Shown: positions 19,944 to 32,343, counted from the first letter of the stretch. The stretch is DNA of 64,000 nt from Rhynchopus sp. YZ270_cl-10 (GCA_964035575.1 OZ037840.1:1302001-1366000); one strand, 5' to 3'. Made by a program: numbers and translations. Notes: a model not told the origin generated them from the sequence alone.

Positions 19944-22886
19944 ATGGTGCACTCATGTGTGCCCGTGCTGCTGCTTGCACTGCTGTGTGGCGCTGACGCT
20001 GCCCTGAAGAAGCCGATCCGCCTGATCGGTGTCTTCGCCACGTCGCCGCCGGTCGCACCGCACGACCAAGTCTGGAACGCTCTTGTGCCGTGCGAGCGCA
20101 TTGTGACTGAGGGTGACGACGACTGCTACAAGGGCGGCTTCCCTGGGGTGGCTGCGTGGATGGAGCACTATTCACAGGACGTGCGTGGGACCATCAAAGT
20201 GACAACGCCAGATTACAAGTCCCGCATGATCTTTGGACATCCCCTTGGCCTGGATCTGAACTACGAGATCTGGGACAGGCTTGGTGTCGACTTCGCCACA
20301 TTGAGGGCAGAGCTCTTGATGACGCGAGCCCCAGACGCATCCGTTGTGGAGAACTTTGTTGCAAACATGAAACAGCCAATGATCCTGACGGACCTTGCTA
20401 TTCAGGACAACTTTGTCTACCTTCTGGGCCTGCTGACCATGTGGCATGTGAAGGTGATTGACGGTGTGCAGATCGGTGTGATCGTGCTGTGGTCCGAGAC
20501 TTACCTCGGACGTCGTGGTCAGTCCATACCCCACAACAAGCTCATCCCCGTGGTGACAACAAGGCTGCGTGCCCAGGGTGTGGCACAGATCGTGGTGCTG
20601 CGCCTTGGTTATGCGGGTGTGGAGGACGAGATGCAGCAACTGACGACGTACGACGTGGACGTGGTTATCACGGACGTTGTTGCGGGGACAGACTTTGCTT
20701 CGAACGGGACGTCTGTTCTGTATGTAAGTGTTCAGAAAGACGGGGCAGCTGCGTACCCAATCGTGACGTTGGACTTGACCGAAGAAGTGGACGGGTCGAA
20801 GTGGTACTACAGTGCAACGGAGGTGAGTGCACGTGACCTGCCTGTTCCTGTGACGGACGCACGCTTTGCAGCAAACCTTGCCTGGATGCAAGAGCAGATT
20901 GTGCTGAGCCAGACAAACAACTACGTGGTTGCAACGTCGACAGCAGTGATGCCGTCCATCAATGAGGAAGGGTTCTACAACTGCCGTGGGGGTGACTGTG
21001 AGTTGGGCAAGATGACTGCAGATGCGATGCGTGAGTGGGCAGGGACGGACCTGGCAATGATAAACGGTGGTGCCCTGCGTGGTGTTGGGTGGGAGAAGGG
21101 TCTGATCAAGCGCAGTGCTTTGTGGGGCACGTACCCTTTTGCGAACCTTCTGTGCAAGGTGAACATGTCCGGCACTGTGCTGCTGGATTTCATGAACCGC
21201 GGAGTGAGTGCACTACTTCCGGACGGAACACGAGACAAGACGACACCCATCGGTCTGTACCCACAGATGAGTGGGATGCGGTTCACCATCAACCCCAGCC
21301 TCCCCGAACGTCGTGTTGTTTCGATTGATGTGCTCACACCCACAGGGGTGTACAAGGCACTGCAGAAGCGTAAGTTGTACTCCATTGTCCTCCCAGAGTT
21401 CATTGCAGGTGGTGGTGACGGGTACGGGATGCTTCCCACGAACCAGCACGACGGGTCGGAAGGCTGTGGTATCGACACTGCACTGGAGGTGACAGAGACG
21501 TACCTGAAGGCTGCATCGATTTACACTCCGTCCTTGGGTGACAGAATGAGTCTCAACATGGCTGGGAGTGCACTGATGATGACGAACCACACGAAGTACA
21601 ACTGCACAGAGAACCAGAAGTACGACGCATACTGGCAGCACTGCGAGGACTGCCCTGAAGGCTTCTGGAACCCAGACAGGGACAGACCTGCGTGTGTGGA
21701 GAAGCTTCCGAGTGAGGTGGACATCGGGATGATCCTTGGCATCGTGTTTGGTGTTCTTGCCCTGCTTGCGATCCCGATTGCGTGGAAGATGACAGAGAAG
21801 CAGCGCCGCATCAACGCGCTCTTCAACAACAACAAGATTGCAGAGGAGTGTGCCATTGCGGTTATGGACCTCCGTCTTGGCGACCTTGACTACCTCCACG
21901 AGCTGGAGAAGCCGAACACGATCCAGTCTGCGTTTATTGCCATCACGAAGCAGATGAAGGTGTACATGGAGTTTATGCCCAAGAATTTGATTGCGAATTG
22001 TCAAGCAAGTGGTTCCGAATCAGGCTCGATTGAGCTTTCACGCTGCGTATCTTCTCGGTCGGAGAACGCGGGCAGTAGGGAGAGCAGGGATGAACGATCG
22101 AGGAGTAGCTCTGTGATGCAGGCGAAGGGGAGCCATAAGCTGACCACGACCTTCCTCAGGAAGAAGCACATCACGGCACTCGCACTGAACAGCAGGGGGC
22201 ACCTCCAGAGCATGAATGGTGACGTCCTGGCGAAGCATTCGCAGTTTCTCGAGAAGGTCACGACCATCATTACTGCGCACAAAGGCATTGCCGAGATACT
22301 GAGCGGCGACAGGATGCTTGCCATGTGGAACACTGTGAACGACACTACCGGCCAAGCTGCGCACTCCTGCGATGCTGCGCTTGCACTGCGGTTGGTACAG
22401 GACGGTGTCACAGCGAACGTCGGCATTGTAAAGGGCTCTGCACAGTTCGGGCTGTTTGGCGGTCAAGGCACCAAGCGGTACGATGTGCTGGGCAGCGTGA
22501 TCCCATCCGCATCGCTGCTGATGGTCCTGAACAAGCAGTACAACACTTCCATCCTGACCGCACCCGTGCTGCAGAAAGAGGCTGGCAGTTTCTTCTACTT
22601 CAGGATTGTGGACTATGTTTGCTACACGAAGATGGATGGAGCTGCCTGCTTTGTGCTCGAGCTTGTATCTCGCAAGGAAACAGGCGGTGAGGAGTGGATG
22701 TACGAGCTGGAGGATGCCAATGGGAAGGACCCGTGTTCCACACTAAATGATGCATGGAGGCAATACATCAAGGAAGGCAAGCTGACAAGCAGCGCCGGGG
22801 TGACTGGTGTTCTCGCCGAGATCATGGCCGGCACACCACCTCAAGGTGAGTATGTCGCTCCTTCTGCGCCCCTGAGCCTGATGTGA
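19944..22886 (+). CDS. Same receptor, diverged paralog (copy 2)
   Basis: 980 aa; about 20 residues differ from copy 1. Confidence 0.85.
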   Translation: MVHSCVPVLLLALLCGADAALKKPIRLIGVFATSPPVAPHDQVWNALVPCERIVTEGDDDCYKGGFPGVAAWMEHYSQDVRGTIKVTTPDYKSRMIFGHPLGLDLNYEIWDRLGVDFATLRAELLMTRAPDASVVENFVANMKQPMILTDLAIQDNFVYLLGLLTMWHVKVIDGVQIGVIVLWSETYLGRRGQSIPHNKLIPVVTTRLRAQGVAQIVVLRLGYAGVEDEMQQLTTYDVDVVITDVVAGTDFASNGTSVLYVSVQKDGAAAYPIVTLDLTEEVDGSKWYYSATEVSARDLPVPVTDARFAANLAWMQEQIVLSQTNNYVVATSTAVMPSINEEGFYNCRGGDCELGKMTADAMREWAGTDLAMINGGALRGVGWEKGLIKRSALWGTYPFANLLCKVNMSGTVLLDFMNRGVSALLPDGTRDKTTPIGLYPQMSGMRFTINPSLPERRVVSIDVLTPTGVYKALQKRKLYSIVLPEFIAGGGDGYGMLPTNQHDGSEGCGIDTALEVTETYLKAASIYTPSLGDRMSLNMAGSALMMTNHTKYNCTENQKYDAYWQHCEDCPEGFWNPDRDRPACVEKLPSEVDIGMILGIVFGVLALLAIPIAWKMTEKQRRINALFNNNKIAEECAIAVMDLRLGDLDYLHELEKPNTIQSAFIAITKQMKVYMEFMPKNLIANCQASGSESGSIELSRCVSSRSENAGSRESRDERSRSSSVMQAKGSHKLTTTFLRKKHITALALNSRGHLQSMNGDVLAKHSQFLEKVTTIITAHKGIAEILSGDRMLAMWNTVNDTTGQAAHSCDAALALRLVQDGVTANVGIVKGSAQFGLFGGQGTKRYDVLGSVIPSASLLMVLNKQYNTSILTAPVLQKEAGSFFYFRIVDYVCYTKMDGAACFVLELVSRKETGGEEWMYELEDANGKDPCSTLNDAWRQYIKEGKLTSSAGVTGVLAEIMAGTPPQGEYVAPSAPLSLM

Positions 22887-23141
22887 AGTTTGTGGCAGGG
22901 CCATACTTATCACTAAATATGCCGTTTTTCCCGAAAATTTTTAGAATCCCAGGAGGGTCATAGATGGTAGTCGGCCCGAGTCGGGCCTAGTTTTTGGAAA
23001 ATCTGGGACTCGGGCCGACTTTTTTGTGGAAGCGTGCAATGCAACAAACGGTCGAGATCTGATCAAGCGAAACGGATATATTTTTTTCCCCAAAATGGTG
23101 TGATTTTTCTAAAAAAAAAGGTGTAAAAAACACGGGTTGCC

Positions 23142-23264
23142 TACGATCGTAGTACGATCGTTTACGATCGTACCAAAAAACGATCGTAACGATCGTAAAA
23201 TATCGTACTACGATCAACTACGATCGTACTACGATCGTAAACGATCGTAGTACGATCGTAGTAC
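23142..23264. repeat. Palindromic TACGATCGT(A)-based minisatellite
   Basis: About 10 ACGATC(GT) units. Confidence 0.9.
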
Positions 23265-23279
23265 GTTTGCCAAACGAAA

Positions 23280-24198
23280 TAACGAATATCGCTTGAAATA
23301 CCGTTCGATATTCCTTGCATGGTGTGCATGAAGCACACACAAGGTATATCAAACGATAATCAATCAGATAAAACGTTACATCATTGGAAAATTGTTGGCA
23401 CCGCCGCCCTGTCTTCGTATTTATTACGTCGACAGGCCAAACAACGTTGGGCTCAGAAGAAGCAGTGCTTAGACAGTCACTGGGGATCAACATGAGAACC
23501 AACTCCCAACAACACAGGCTACCGAAGTAGCACGTGGGGTGTTGCGGGTGTTTGGGGTGAAAGAAAATCGATTTTGGTAAGTTCCAGCAGAAAATTCTTA
23601 AGTTTGCACTAGTCGAGAAGGGTTACCACTGCTCACCGAGCGGTGCACCCATTTAAGGGTGGAGAAGCGTGACACGCACATACAAGTATGCATGTTACTT
23701 CAACAAAGGCTGAATTCTGGTAATTCTAAGGGATGTGAATTACAGCCACCACATGGTTGTCATTAGGTTACTACCTTCGTCGTAGATGTATACAAAGGTT
23801 TCGCCCCCTTCTCTTTCATGCAAACTTAAGAAAATCCTGAAGTAACTACAACCTGGCGTGCGGGTACAGATGCATTGCTTTGTTCTTTCCTCAAAGTCAT
23901 GTGTGATCTCTCGGGTCTGTACTAAAGTCAGTGTTTAGATAAGCATCCACTTGACTCGTTCTAACAACCGTTGAAATCTAGAACAAAACAATACACTGCC
24001 CCTTCTCACACCAAGCCGCCATGCTTCAAGAGCATGCCCTGGGCAAAAATTACTGTGACAAAATTAGTTTTCTGGGGGAACGCAATATTTTATTGTGCCC
24101 AGTCCTCCGCAAGCAGAGGACAGACTTTCCGGATCCCGAAGTCGAATTTCTTGCACTAGCTATGCTCCCTGGGTTAATGGCTATAGCAGTGACTGACA
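23280..24198 (+). pseudogene. Diverged relative of the same remnant
   Basis: Shares blocks with the reverse complement of 26150-26870 and is closely similar to 62710-63654. Confidence 0.45.
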
Positions 24199-25396
24199 GA
24201 GTGTTCCCACTCCCCTTTCCACCCCATATGTTCGCTCGTTCTGCACAGTTGGTTCTCGATGTTGCACTCGCGATACCTGTTTAAAAGTGAAGTTGTGAGT
24301 GGTGGGGAATTTAAAGAAGGTGATTTCTTTAAAAAATAAGTTGGCCTGAGGGTGTAAAATATTGTTATGGAGACTTTTTGGAGGAAATACGAGTCGACGG
24401 CCTTATTTTGTTGAATATTCACCAGAAAGTTAAACATATTTACATACCTTGTCTTGCGCCTTCGCTGCTGTCAAGGTGCCTTCTCTGGGTACCCAGTACC
24501 CAGTACCCATAATACCCAAAATAATTTAGGATAATACCCACTGGGTATTATCCTTTTTTTTATTTGTTTCAATACTCCAAGGAATTTGCTAAGGAAAAGT
24601 CGATATTGTGCAGTAGTGCATATGGTTTACCCCCAGATCGTCAAAACACCCGATTTTTGCGTTTTTTTGCACTTTTTGGTGCCCAAAAACCCAACTCAGG
24701 GGTCGAAATTTTCCCGAAAAAAAAAATTTTTTTTTTGAGATTTTTCGATTTTTTGACAAGGCGCTGGCCCATACAAAATGCACTGGTGGTACAGAAAATG
24801 ACTGGGGAATTAACTCTAGATGCACAAAACAGCCCAATTCTTGCTTTTTTTGACTTTTTGGTCCCAGAAGGGTACCTAAAAACTGGGTACTGGGAAAAAA
24901 CTGGGTACCCAGTACACAGTACCCAGTACCCAGTACCAAGGCAAGGGGCCGATGGAGGGTTCCAAGACGGCAGTAGCCTGTGACACTATGTTATGGGAAG
25001 GTGGGATACCAGCTTGCGCCGCAGGCGCACGGTACGCTACTTTTATTGTTTCGGCGTATCCTTTTTTCTCACTCTTCGTTGGGTTCCACGAGCTCCGCCC
25101 GTCAAATGGTGGGGTGTAAAATGCGCATCTACGCAAACTGCCCCACGTTCATTTTGTACTTTTCCTTCAGGAGTCAAGTACTGACCATACTTTGCACACA
25201 AAACTTGAAAATGGCCTGTAAAAACTGACACATGCATTTTAGGTCAAAAATACTCATTTCTGAGCGCAAAGTGACCCCATCACAGCACGCACAGGCTCCG
25301 GTGCACCGAAACAGGGTTCTATACAGGTCCGGTCACTCGGTCGGTCTGACCGAGTCAGACGTTGACTCGGTCAGCCGTTTTTTTTTTTTTTTTTTT

Positions 25397-25598
25397 ACGC
25401 TCCGTCCCAAATTTTTGTCCACACATACGATAAAGTAATAGTTACTCCACTAAATAAATCGAGCAAAAATATGGTGAACTCAGCGGAGCCCGGTTTTAAA
25501 AGTGCCAAAAACGACCTTTTCGTTTTGACGCATTGTGACTTCCTCAAATGCACTTTTCAAGGGTAAAAAATTCGGGTTTTCTAAGCACAACCAGTGTT
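25397..25598 (+). repeat. ~200-bp direct repeat, partner at 29257-29459
   Basis: TACGCTCCGTCCC...CACAACCAGTGTT is nearly identical at both sites. Confidence 0.9.
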
Positions 25599-25653
25599 AA
25601 GTCAAAAATTTTCGCGAAAAAAAAAATAGATTTTTCTCAACTGAGGAAAAGTA

Positions 25654-27521
25654 GGGGAAAATGACTATAACACCCACGTTACTAATACCCATTTACGATA
25701 ATACCCACTGGGTATTATCGTAAACTTTTTGGGTATTATCGTAAAGTTTTTGGGTATTATCGTAAACTATTTGGGTATTACCCAGGTACCCAGGTACGAT
25801 GTGATTTAGCTGGCTACTCGCGCAAGGTATCAGAGGCGCTCGCACGCTGGTGAATGTGCAGACAAGGTATGGTTTCATCGACCCCAGAGAAAATACAATT
25901 TTCACTAAATATATGGGGGGGGGTTTTTTTTTACACAACTTTTTGCATCCCTGTCTTACATCCTCAAATTCAGGGTAACCATTTTTCTTGACAATTAACA
26001 ATTAATCTTTCTCCAAGCGACGTAACTTAATTACACCCACATTTACACTCATCACAGGATCGCGAAATCTGAACTGCATCAGCGATTGCGCTTCTCCGTC
26101 TCCGACATTCTACACCTCAACATACGAAGACCTGGGTGGGAACATTTAGTCAGTCACTGCTATAGCCATTAACCCAGGGAGCATAGCTAGTGCAAGAAAT
26201 TCGACTTTGGCAACCTTCCGGAAAGTCTGTCCTCTGCTCGCGGAGGACTAGACACAAGAAAATATTGCGTTCCCCCAGAAAACCAGTGCACATTTCACAC
26301 TCCTTGTGGGTGGTCTTGTTGCCTTTTCGTCATAGTAATTTTGGCCCAGGCATGTTCTTGAAGCATGACAATTTAGTGTGTATGGGGCAGGGTGTTGTTT
26401 TGTTCTGAATTCTCTTTGTTATAACATCTAAGTCAATCGCGGGTGGTGGTGTGTGTAGCGTGAGGCACTCTTTTTAGCAAACTTCCTGCGGCTGCTAAAG
26501 TGTTATTTCTTCGGATTTAACAACGTACAGCGTAACATAGTGGTTTAGCCTGGTCGACACAACCTTTGATAGATATGGGATAACCAACCCCCTTCGACCC
26601 CTTGTGGGTTCACTGAACAAGCCCTAGTGGTAGTTAAACGCGATTGACATTTACATTCCTAGAGATGAAAGAACAAGACAACACTTCTGTACCCGCGCAT
26701 CAAAATTGTGGAAAACTTTGCACCCCAAACACCCTCAACAACGCCCGCCAAAAGGCGCCCCTTGTTGCTGGGAGTTGGTTCTCATGATACCTGCACAGCG
26801 GGCATTCCTCTGAGTCCAACGCATGTTTGGCCTGTCTGCGGCGTTGTACTTAAGGTGCACGAAGACAGGGTCTGGTGGTAAATTTTGCGTAGTACTGCGA
26901 CGTGGTACTGCGTGGGTCTGGGAATATGGGTACCTGGGTACAGGATATTGGTTGTGTAAGACATCTTCCACCATGCATTGAGGAGGGTAAGACAGTGTTC
27001 GCAGTTTCTACCTGATAGCATTACAACATTTAACTTCTCCACGGGGGTCTTGGGCCGTTCACTCGGTTCTACCTTGACTACCGGAAGATATTCTTGAGGC
27101 CTTTTTGGTCTCTAGAATATCCGGTCTTCCCGAACGGAGGCACACTTTGTGTGTTACTACGACCTGGCAATTTCCAGCAGTAGGTTAAGTAATCTTTCTT
27201 GTAAATTGTTGGATCATTATCTCCTCAGTGCATGAATGCCCCATGTGACTGGACACTTTTGTGTTTGTCATGTGGAGCTGTGGTTGCTCTTTCACGACTT
27301 TTTTCCTGTTCCTGGGTACCTGTTCCTGGACCTGGACCTGGGTACCTGGGTGCCTGGGTGCCTGGGTACTACCCAACCTGGGTAATACCCAAAAAGTTTA
27401 CGATAATACCCAAAAAGTTTACGATAATACCCAAAACTAATACCCAATAAGTTTACGATAATACCCAGTGGGTATTATCGTAAATGGGTATTAGTAACGT
27501 GGGTGTTATGATAATTACCCC
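25654..27521. mobile_element. Long-TIR element (GGGG...CCCC ends, ~140-bp TIRs with 21-bp subrepeats, 8-bp TSD GAAAAGTA) nested in the arm of another element
   Basis: 25654-25790 is the inverse of 27378-27521. Removing the element restores the inverse of 27997-28050. Confidence 0.8.
26150..27310 (-). pseudogene. Highly degenerate transposase-like remnant, piggyBac-like
   Basis: Frameshifted fragments in the expected order: TEEIMIQQF (DExM-like), FTT..PVFVHL, AGIMRTN (GTxRxN-like), C-terminal TTHKECEMC..IFLC. Confidence 0.4.
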
Positions 27522-28047
27522 GAAAAGTAGCTCTGAGCAAACCCCGTGGAAGAAGTGTGAGGATAAATTCACTTTTCCTCACACATAGCCACTTTTCCTC
27601 ACGCAATTTGGAAAAGTAGCAATAATTATTGGCTGGGGTTTGTGTAGAAAAAAGCCTATGTGTGAGGCTTTTTTTGGTGTGAGGAAAAGTAGAGGGGGGG
27701 TCGAAAAAAAAATTGGGTGGGAGAGTGGGTCATTTTGATATCTCTGCTTCACATTTTGTCACCGTGACCAACATGACCATTTTTTGGTCCATTTTTTCGG
27801 CCAAAAATTTGGTACCACAGGGCTATACCATATACTGGGATTATCAATATTTTGAACATACGGCCTGGTATTCGGGCCAAAATGTCCCATGGAGCCTTAC
27901 TGGGTGTCGAGCAGAGCCAATCTTAATAGTGAAATTCGATTTTCTGTGAAAAATATTCCCACCAAAAAATCGTCTTTTTTTTCTGCATATTCAACCCACA
28001 CTTCTTCCACGGGGTTTGCTTAGAGCTACTTTTCCTTCAGTTGAGAA

Positions 28048-28252
28048 AACTATTATATTCTGGTGAAATATTCACTTTCCCTCCACTCGTGCCCTTTCAG
28101 AAACTCGTGGCTGACTTTATCCCACTCGCTTCGCTCGTGAGATAAAGTCTATTACCCCACTCGCTTCGCTCGTGGGGTAAAATGCCACTCGTTTCTGAAA
28201 GGTACACTCGTGTGAGGAAAAGTGAATATTTCCTCAGACGAATAAATAGCTA
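28048..28252. repeat. Branched (Y-shaped) palindrome with two CACTCGCTTCGCTCGTG arms
   Basis: The outer arms GAAATATTCACTTT..CCTTTCAGAAAC and GTTTCTGAAAGG..AAAGTGAATATTTC pair, and there are two inner hairpins. Confidence 0.85.
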
Positions 28253-28324
28253 TTTTTTGACTCTAGATGCCGGAACCCAGAAACGTCCATTCGAGCATTT
28301 TTTTTTTGGTTTTGTCACACCCTG

Positions 28325-28875
28325 CAGGGGACATTGGTAGTTTGAGATTTTGAAAAAAAAGCCGGTGTGAGCCAAAAAAGCCGGTGTGAGGCAATTTTTT
28401 TTCCCCCACGCATTTTTGGCAGAGGCCTCCACAACTCTTTCCCCTCTGCGCCCTTGTCTAACCATATGACATCAAAACTTTTCTGGCGAAGCCACGGTAC
28501 GCAACATTTCAAAAATTGTGACATCGCACGCTTTTATAGCCAAACTATGGTAAAGGTAGATGTGACTATGGCATAGGGTAGAGCTGTGTGCTACCGCTTG
28601 TAATTTTTAGCGCCGCAGGCGCACGGTACGCTACTTTTTTATGAGAGTTGCGAACATCTATTTCTTTTGATTGAACGGACCGATTGGTCTTTATGGTGGG
28701 GTCACATGCACATAAGAAACCGCTACAGATGTGGTTGTAGCCTTGTATGAGGAGATAAAATTCAGAAAAAAATTCAAAAATCCGCCTTTTTCTTTTTTTT
28801 TTTTTTTTTCTCAAAATCCCACACCGGCTTATCCGGTGTGGCCACACCGGCACACCGGCATACTAATGTCCCCTG
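28325..28875. mobile_element. hAT-type MITE (551 bp)
   Basis: TIR CAGGGGACATT / AATGTCCCCTG, 8-bp TSD ACACCCTG, subterminal CCGGTGTG / CACACCGG motifs. Confidence 0.85.
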
Positions 28876-28933
28876 ACACCCTGTGCCCGCCAGGCATAGT
28901 CTGTACAAAGTGATTTTTACCTGGATTTTTGCC

Positions 28934-29243
28934 TGTATTTTCCTTACTGGGGGGGGGGCGAATAAGAGATGTGGCATCTCTTATTAGGCGAACGGACGAG
29001 CCAGAAATAAAAAAAAATTTTTGGGGGAAAAAAAGCAAAAAGACATTTTCGCCGGAGGCAAAAAAAATATTTTGACCACTTTTTTGCCAGACCGGGTAGA
29101 CAGGGTAAAATTTCAAAAAAAAAATTCAAGATAAAACCCTGGCGCATGCAAAAAAAAAAAAAAAAAAATACCCCCAAAATCTCAACCTGATCTCTTATTC
29201 GGCCCTGATCTCTTATTCGCCCCCCCCCAGTAAGGAAAATACA
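28934..29243. mobile_element. MITE with ~36-bp TIRs
   Basis: TGTATTTTCCTTACT(G)nCGAATAAGAGAT and its inverse; no clear TSD. Confidence 0.7.
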
Positions 29244-30130
29244 TAGGGAATTATCGTACGCTCCGTCCCAAATTTTTGTCCACACATACGATAAAGTAAT
29301 AGTTACTCCACTAAATAAATCGAGCAAAAATATGGTGAACTCAGCGGAGCCCGGTTTTAAAAGTGCCAAAAACGACCTTTTCGTTTTGACGCATTGTGAC
29401 TTCCTCAAATGCACTTTTCAAGGGTAAAAAAATCGGGTTTTCTAAGCACAACCAGTGTTCCCCCCAAAACCATTGTACCACCACCTGATTTCGCCACCTG
29501 TACCACATGTAACTTACATGTAGTACATGTTATATTACCACATAACACCCGTTACTTTAGTCGTCGTGTACCCTGAAGGTGCCACCGTGTGTCTCTGTGT
29601 GTACCACCAAAAAACCGCTTAGGGCCGTTAAAAAATGACCCCCCCTTATGGGGTGTCCCGGCGGTACCACACTAACACCCACCTACACACACTTTCATCC
29701 CATTTCACCCCATTACACATGAATTACAACGCCTTGGTCTTTACTAAAGAGATGTGCGGACGACACCCAAGAAATCGACATTTTTCGCGATAGTTGGTAC
29801 TCCAAAAATTTGCCGGAACCGAAAATCGTGTAGTTTGGGGGTATTGAGGCCAGAAAAAAATTGTGTGAATAGGAGGTACCCTAACTGTTCGGTCCAATTC
29901 GGTGTAATTCGGTCCATTTCGTTTTTTTTTTTTTTTTCGCAAAGGGAAATTTCCCCTTGTACCAGAAAAACCGAAAAAAACGAAATGAAAACCGAAAAAA
30001 ACCGAAATGTTAGGGTACCTTTTTTGGTCGATTTCGTTTTTTTTCCAAAGGGGGGACCCTTTGGTCGCCGAAATTCCCCAGCCAAATTTGGTCGCAAAAT
30101 CGGCCGATTTTTCAAAAATCTCAAAAAAAA

Positions 30131-30569
30131 ACAAGTAATTGCTATCGGAAAAAAAACGGGGTGTGGTGTGGAACTCCATCCTGTAGAAATAATCTACAAC
30201 ACGCCCAGCATTCTGCTCTTCTGCAGGTATGCTAACGCTCTTCGTACGCTGCCAGACCCACTGGCACGCCAGCATCTGAAACGTTCAAGAAGGGGGGCTG
30301 TCCTCTTCGTCCAGCACCATCTGCTCGATAGCGTTGTTGGACGCCCGCTCGGCAGGCTCGGCGTGGTCCAGCTCGTTTTTGCCCACAGGCTCCCCACATT
30401 GTCGTCGTCGTTGGAGCAGTGCGGAAGGAACACAGAATGCACAGACTACAACACATCGATCACACCAGGCGCATCAGCACCTCCAGCAAATCGCCAGGAT
30501 GCTACTGTGGTTTCGAAAATCGCGCGGAGTTTTCCACAGCACACCCGTTTTTCCTTAGCAATTACTTGT
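30131..30569 (-). pseudogene. Diverged homolog of the Rep-like fragment
   Basis: GRVVDYFYRMEF is readable in ORF 29724..30275; same inverted repeats. Confidence 0.6.
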
Positions 30570-30672
30570 CCTTGTTGTTATTGTTGTTTTCAACCACCTT
30601 CCTTCAACCCTTGTAGGATCAGTTGTTATTTTTTTCGCGAAAACATGAAATTACACATTTCAAGAGAACAAA

Positions 30673-32245
30673 TTAAAAAGGGTCCTTATTTGCATTTTTG
30701 GGCTCCGCCCGTGCAGTGGTGGGGTCAATCTCGAAAATTGGACAATTTTTTGATCACTTAAATTTTGAGAAATATGAGCCCGGTTCCTTATACGTGGGGC
30801 CCATTTTTGGCTAAAATTTTCCTCAAAATCTGGTTTTGTAAAATTGACCCTTTACTCCCCCCCCACATCGATTTCAATACTATACCTTACTTCACCTACG
30901 GTTACCCTTACAGGGGGGTGAAGGAAGGTAAGTTGAAAAGGGTCCTTATTTGCATTTTTGGGCTCCGCCCGTGCAGTGGTGGGGTCAATCTCGAAAATTG
31001 GACAATTTTTTGATCACTTAAATTTTGAGAAATATGAGCCCGGTTCCTTATACGTGGGGCCCATTTTTGGCTAAAATTTTCCTCAAAATCTGGTTTTGTA
31101 AAATTGACCCTTTACTCCCCCCCCACATCGATTTCAATACTATACCTTACTTCACCTACGGTTACCCTTACAGGGGGGTGAAGGAAGGTAAGTTGAAAAA
31201 GGGTCCTTATTTGCATTTTTGGGCTCCGCCCGTGCAGTGGTGGGGTCAATCTCGAAAATTGGACAATTTTTTGATCACTTAAATTTTGAGAAATATGAGC
31301 CCGGTTCCTTATACGTGGGGCCCATTTTTGGCTAAAATTTTCCTCAAAATCTGGTTTTGTAAAATTGACCCTTTACTCCCCCCCCACATCGATTTCAATA
31401 CTATACCTTACTTCACCTACGGTTACCCTTACAGGGGGGTGAAGGAAGGTAAGTTGAAAAAAGGGTCCTTATTTGCATTTTTGGGCTCCGCCCGTGCAGT
31501 GGTGGGGTCAATCTCGAAAATTGGACAATTTTTTGATCACTTAAATTTTGAGAAATATGAGCCCGGTTCCTTATACGTGGGGCCCATTTTTGGCTAAAAT
31601 TTTCCTCAAAATCTGGTTTTGTAAAATTGACCCTTTACTCCCCCCCCACATCGATTTCAATACTATACCTTACTTCACCTACGGTTACCCTTACAGGGGG
31701 GTGAAGGAAGGTAAGTTGAAAAGGGTCCTTATTTGCATTTTTGGGCTCCGCCCGTGCAGTGGTGGGGTCAATCTCGAAAATTGGACAATTTTTTGATCAC
31801 TTAAATTTTGAGAAATATGAGCCCGGTTCCTTATACGTGGGGCCCATTTTTGGCTAAAATTTTCCTCAAAATCTGGTTTTGTAAAATTGACCCTTTACTC
31901 CCCCCCCACATCGATTTCAATACTATACCTTACTTCACCTACGGTTACCCTTACAGGGGGGTGAAGGAAGGTAAGTTGAAAAAAGGGTCCTTATTTGCAT
32001 TTTTGGGCTCCGCCCGTGCAGTGGTGGGGTCAATCTCGAAAATTGGACAATTTTTTGATCACTTAAATTTTGAGAAATATGAGCCCGGTTCCTTATACGT
32101 GGGGCCCATTTTTGGCTAAAATTTTCCTCAAAATCTGGTTTTGTAAAATTGACCCTTTACTCCCCCCCCACATCGATTTCAATACTATACCTTACTTCAC
32201 CTACGGTTACCCTTACAGGGGGGTGAAGGAAGGTGAGTTGAAAAA
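30673..32245 (+). repeat. ~260-bp tandem array type Y (6 units)
   Basis: Core homologous to type X, with a different hairpin module. Confidence 0.95.
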
Positions 32246-32312
32246 AAATTTTTTTTTTTCACAAGTGTTTTTGAGGCCTGCTCACTACACCCTAGGTACC
32301 CTTCTGAGACCA

Positions 32313-32343
<31 letters not shown>

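Larger units (their letters stand above)
15807..22936. repeat. Shared block C, copy 2
   Basis: Starts at the poly(A) tract and ends ~50 bp after the receptor stop codon. Confidence 0.95.

Noticed and set aside
25397..29459. LTR element bounded by 200-bp direct repeats
   Set aside because: No TG..CA ends, TSD, PBS/PPT or gag-pol; the interior is made of DNA-transposon remnants.
29754..30761. 335-aa plus-strand ORF, and the 229-aa ORF at 9545
   Set aside because: Homopolymer-rich patchwork of repeats; the coding signal at 30170-30420 is on the minus strand and frameshifted.
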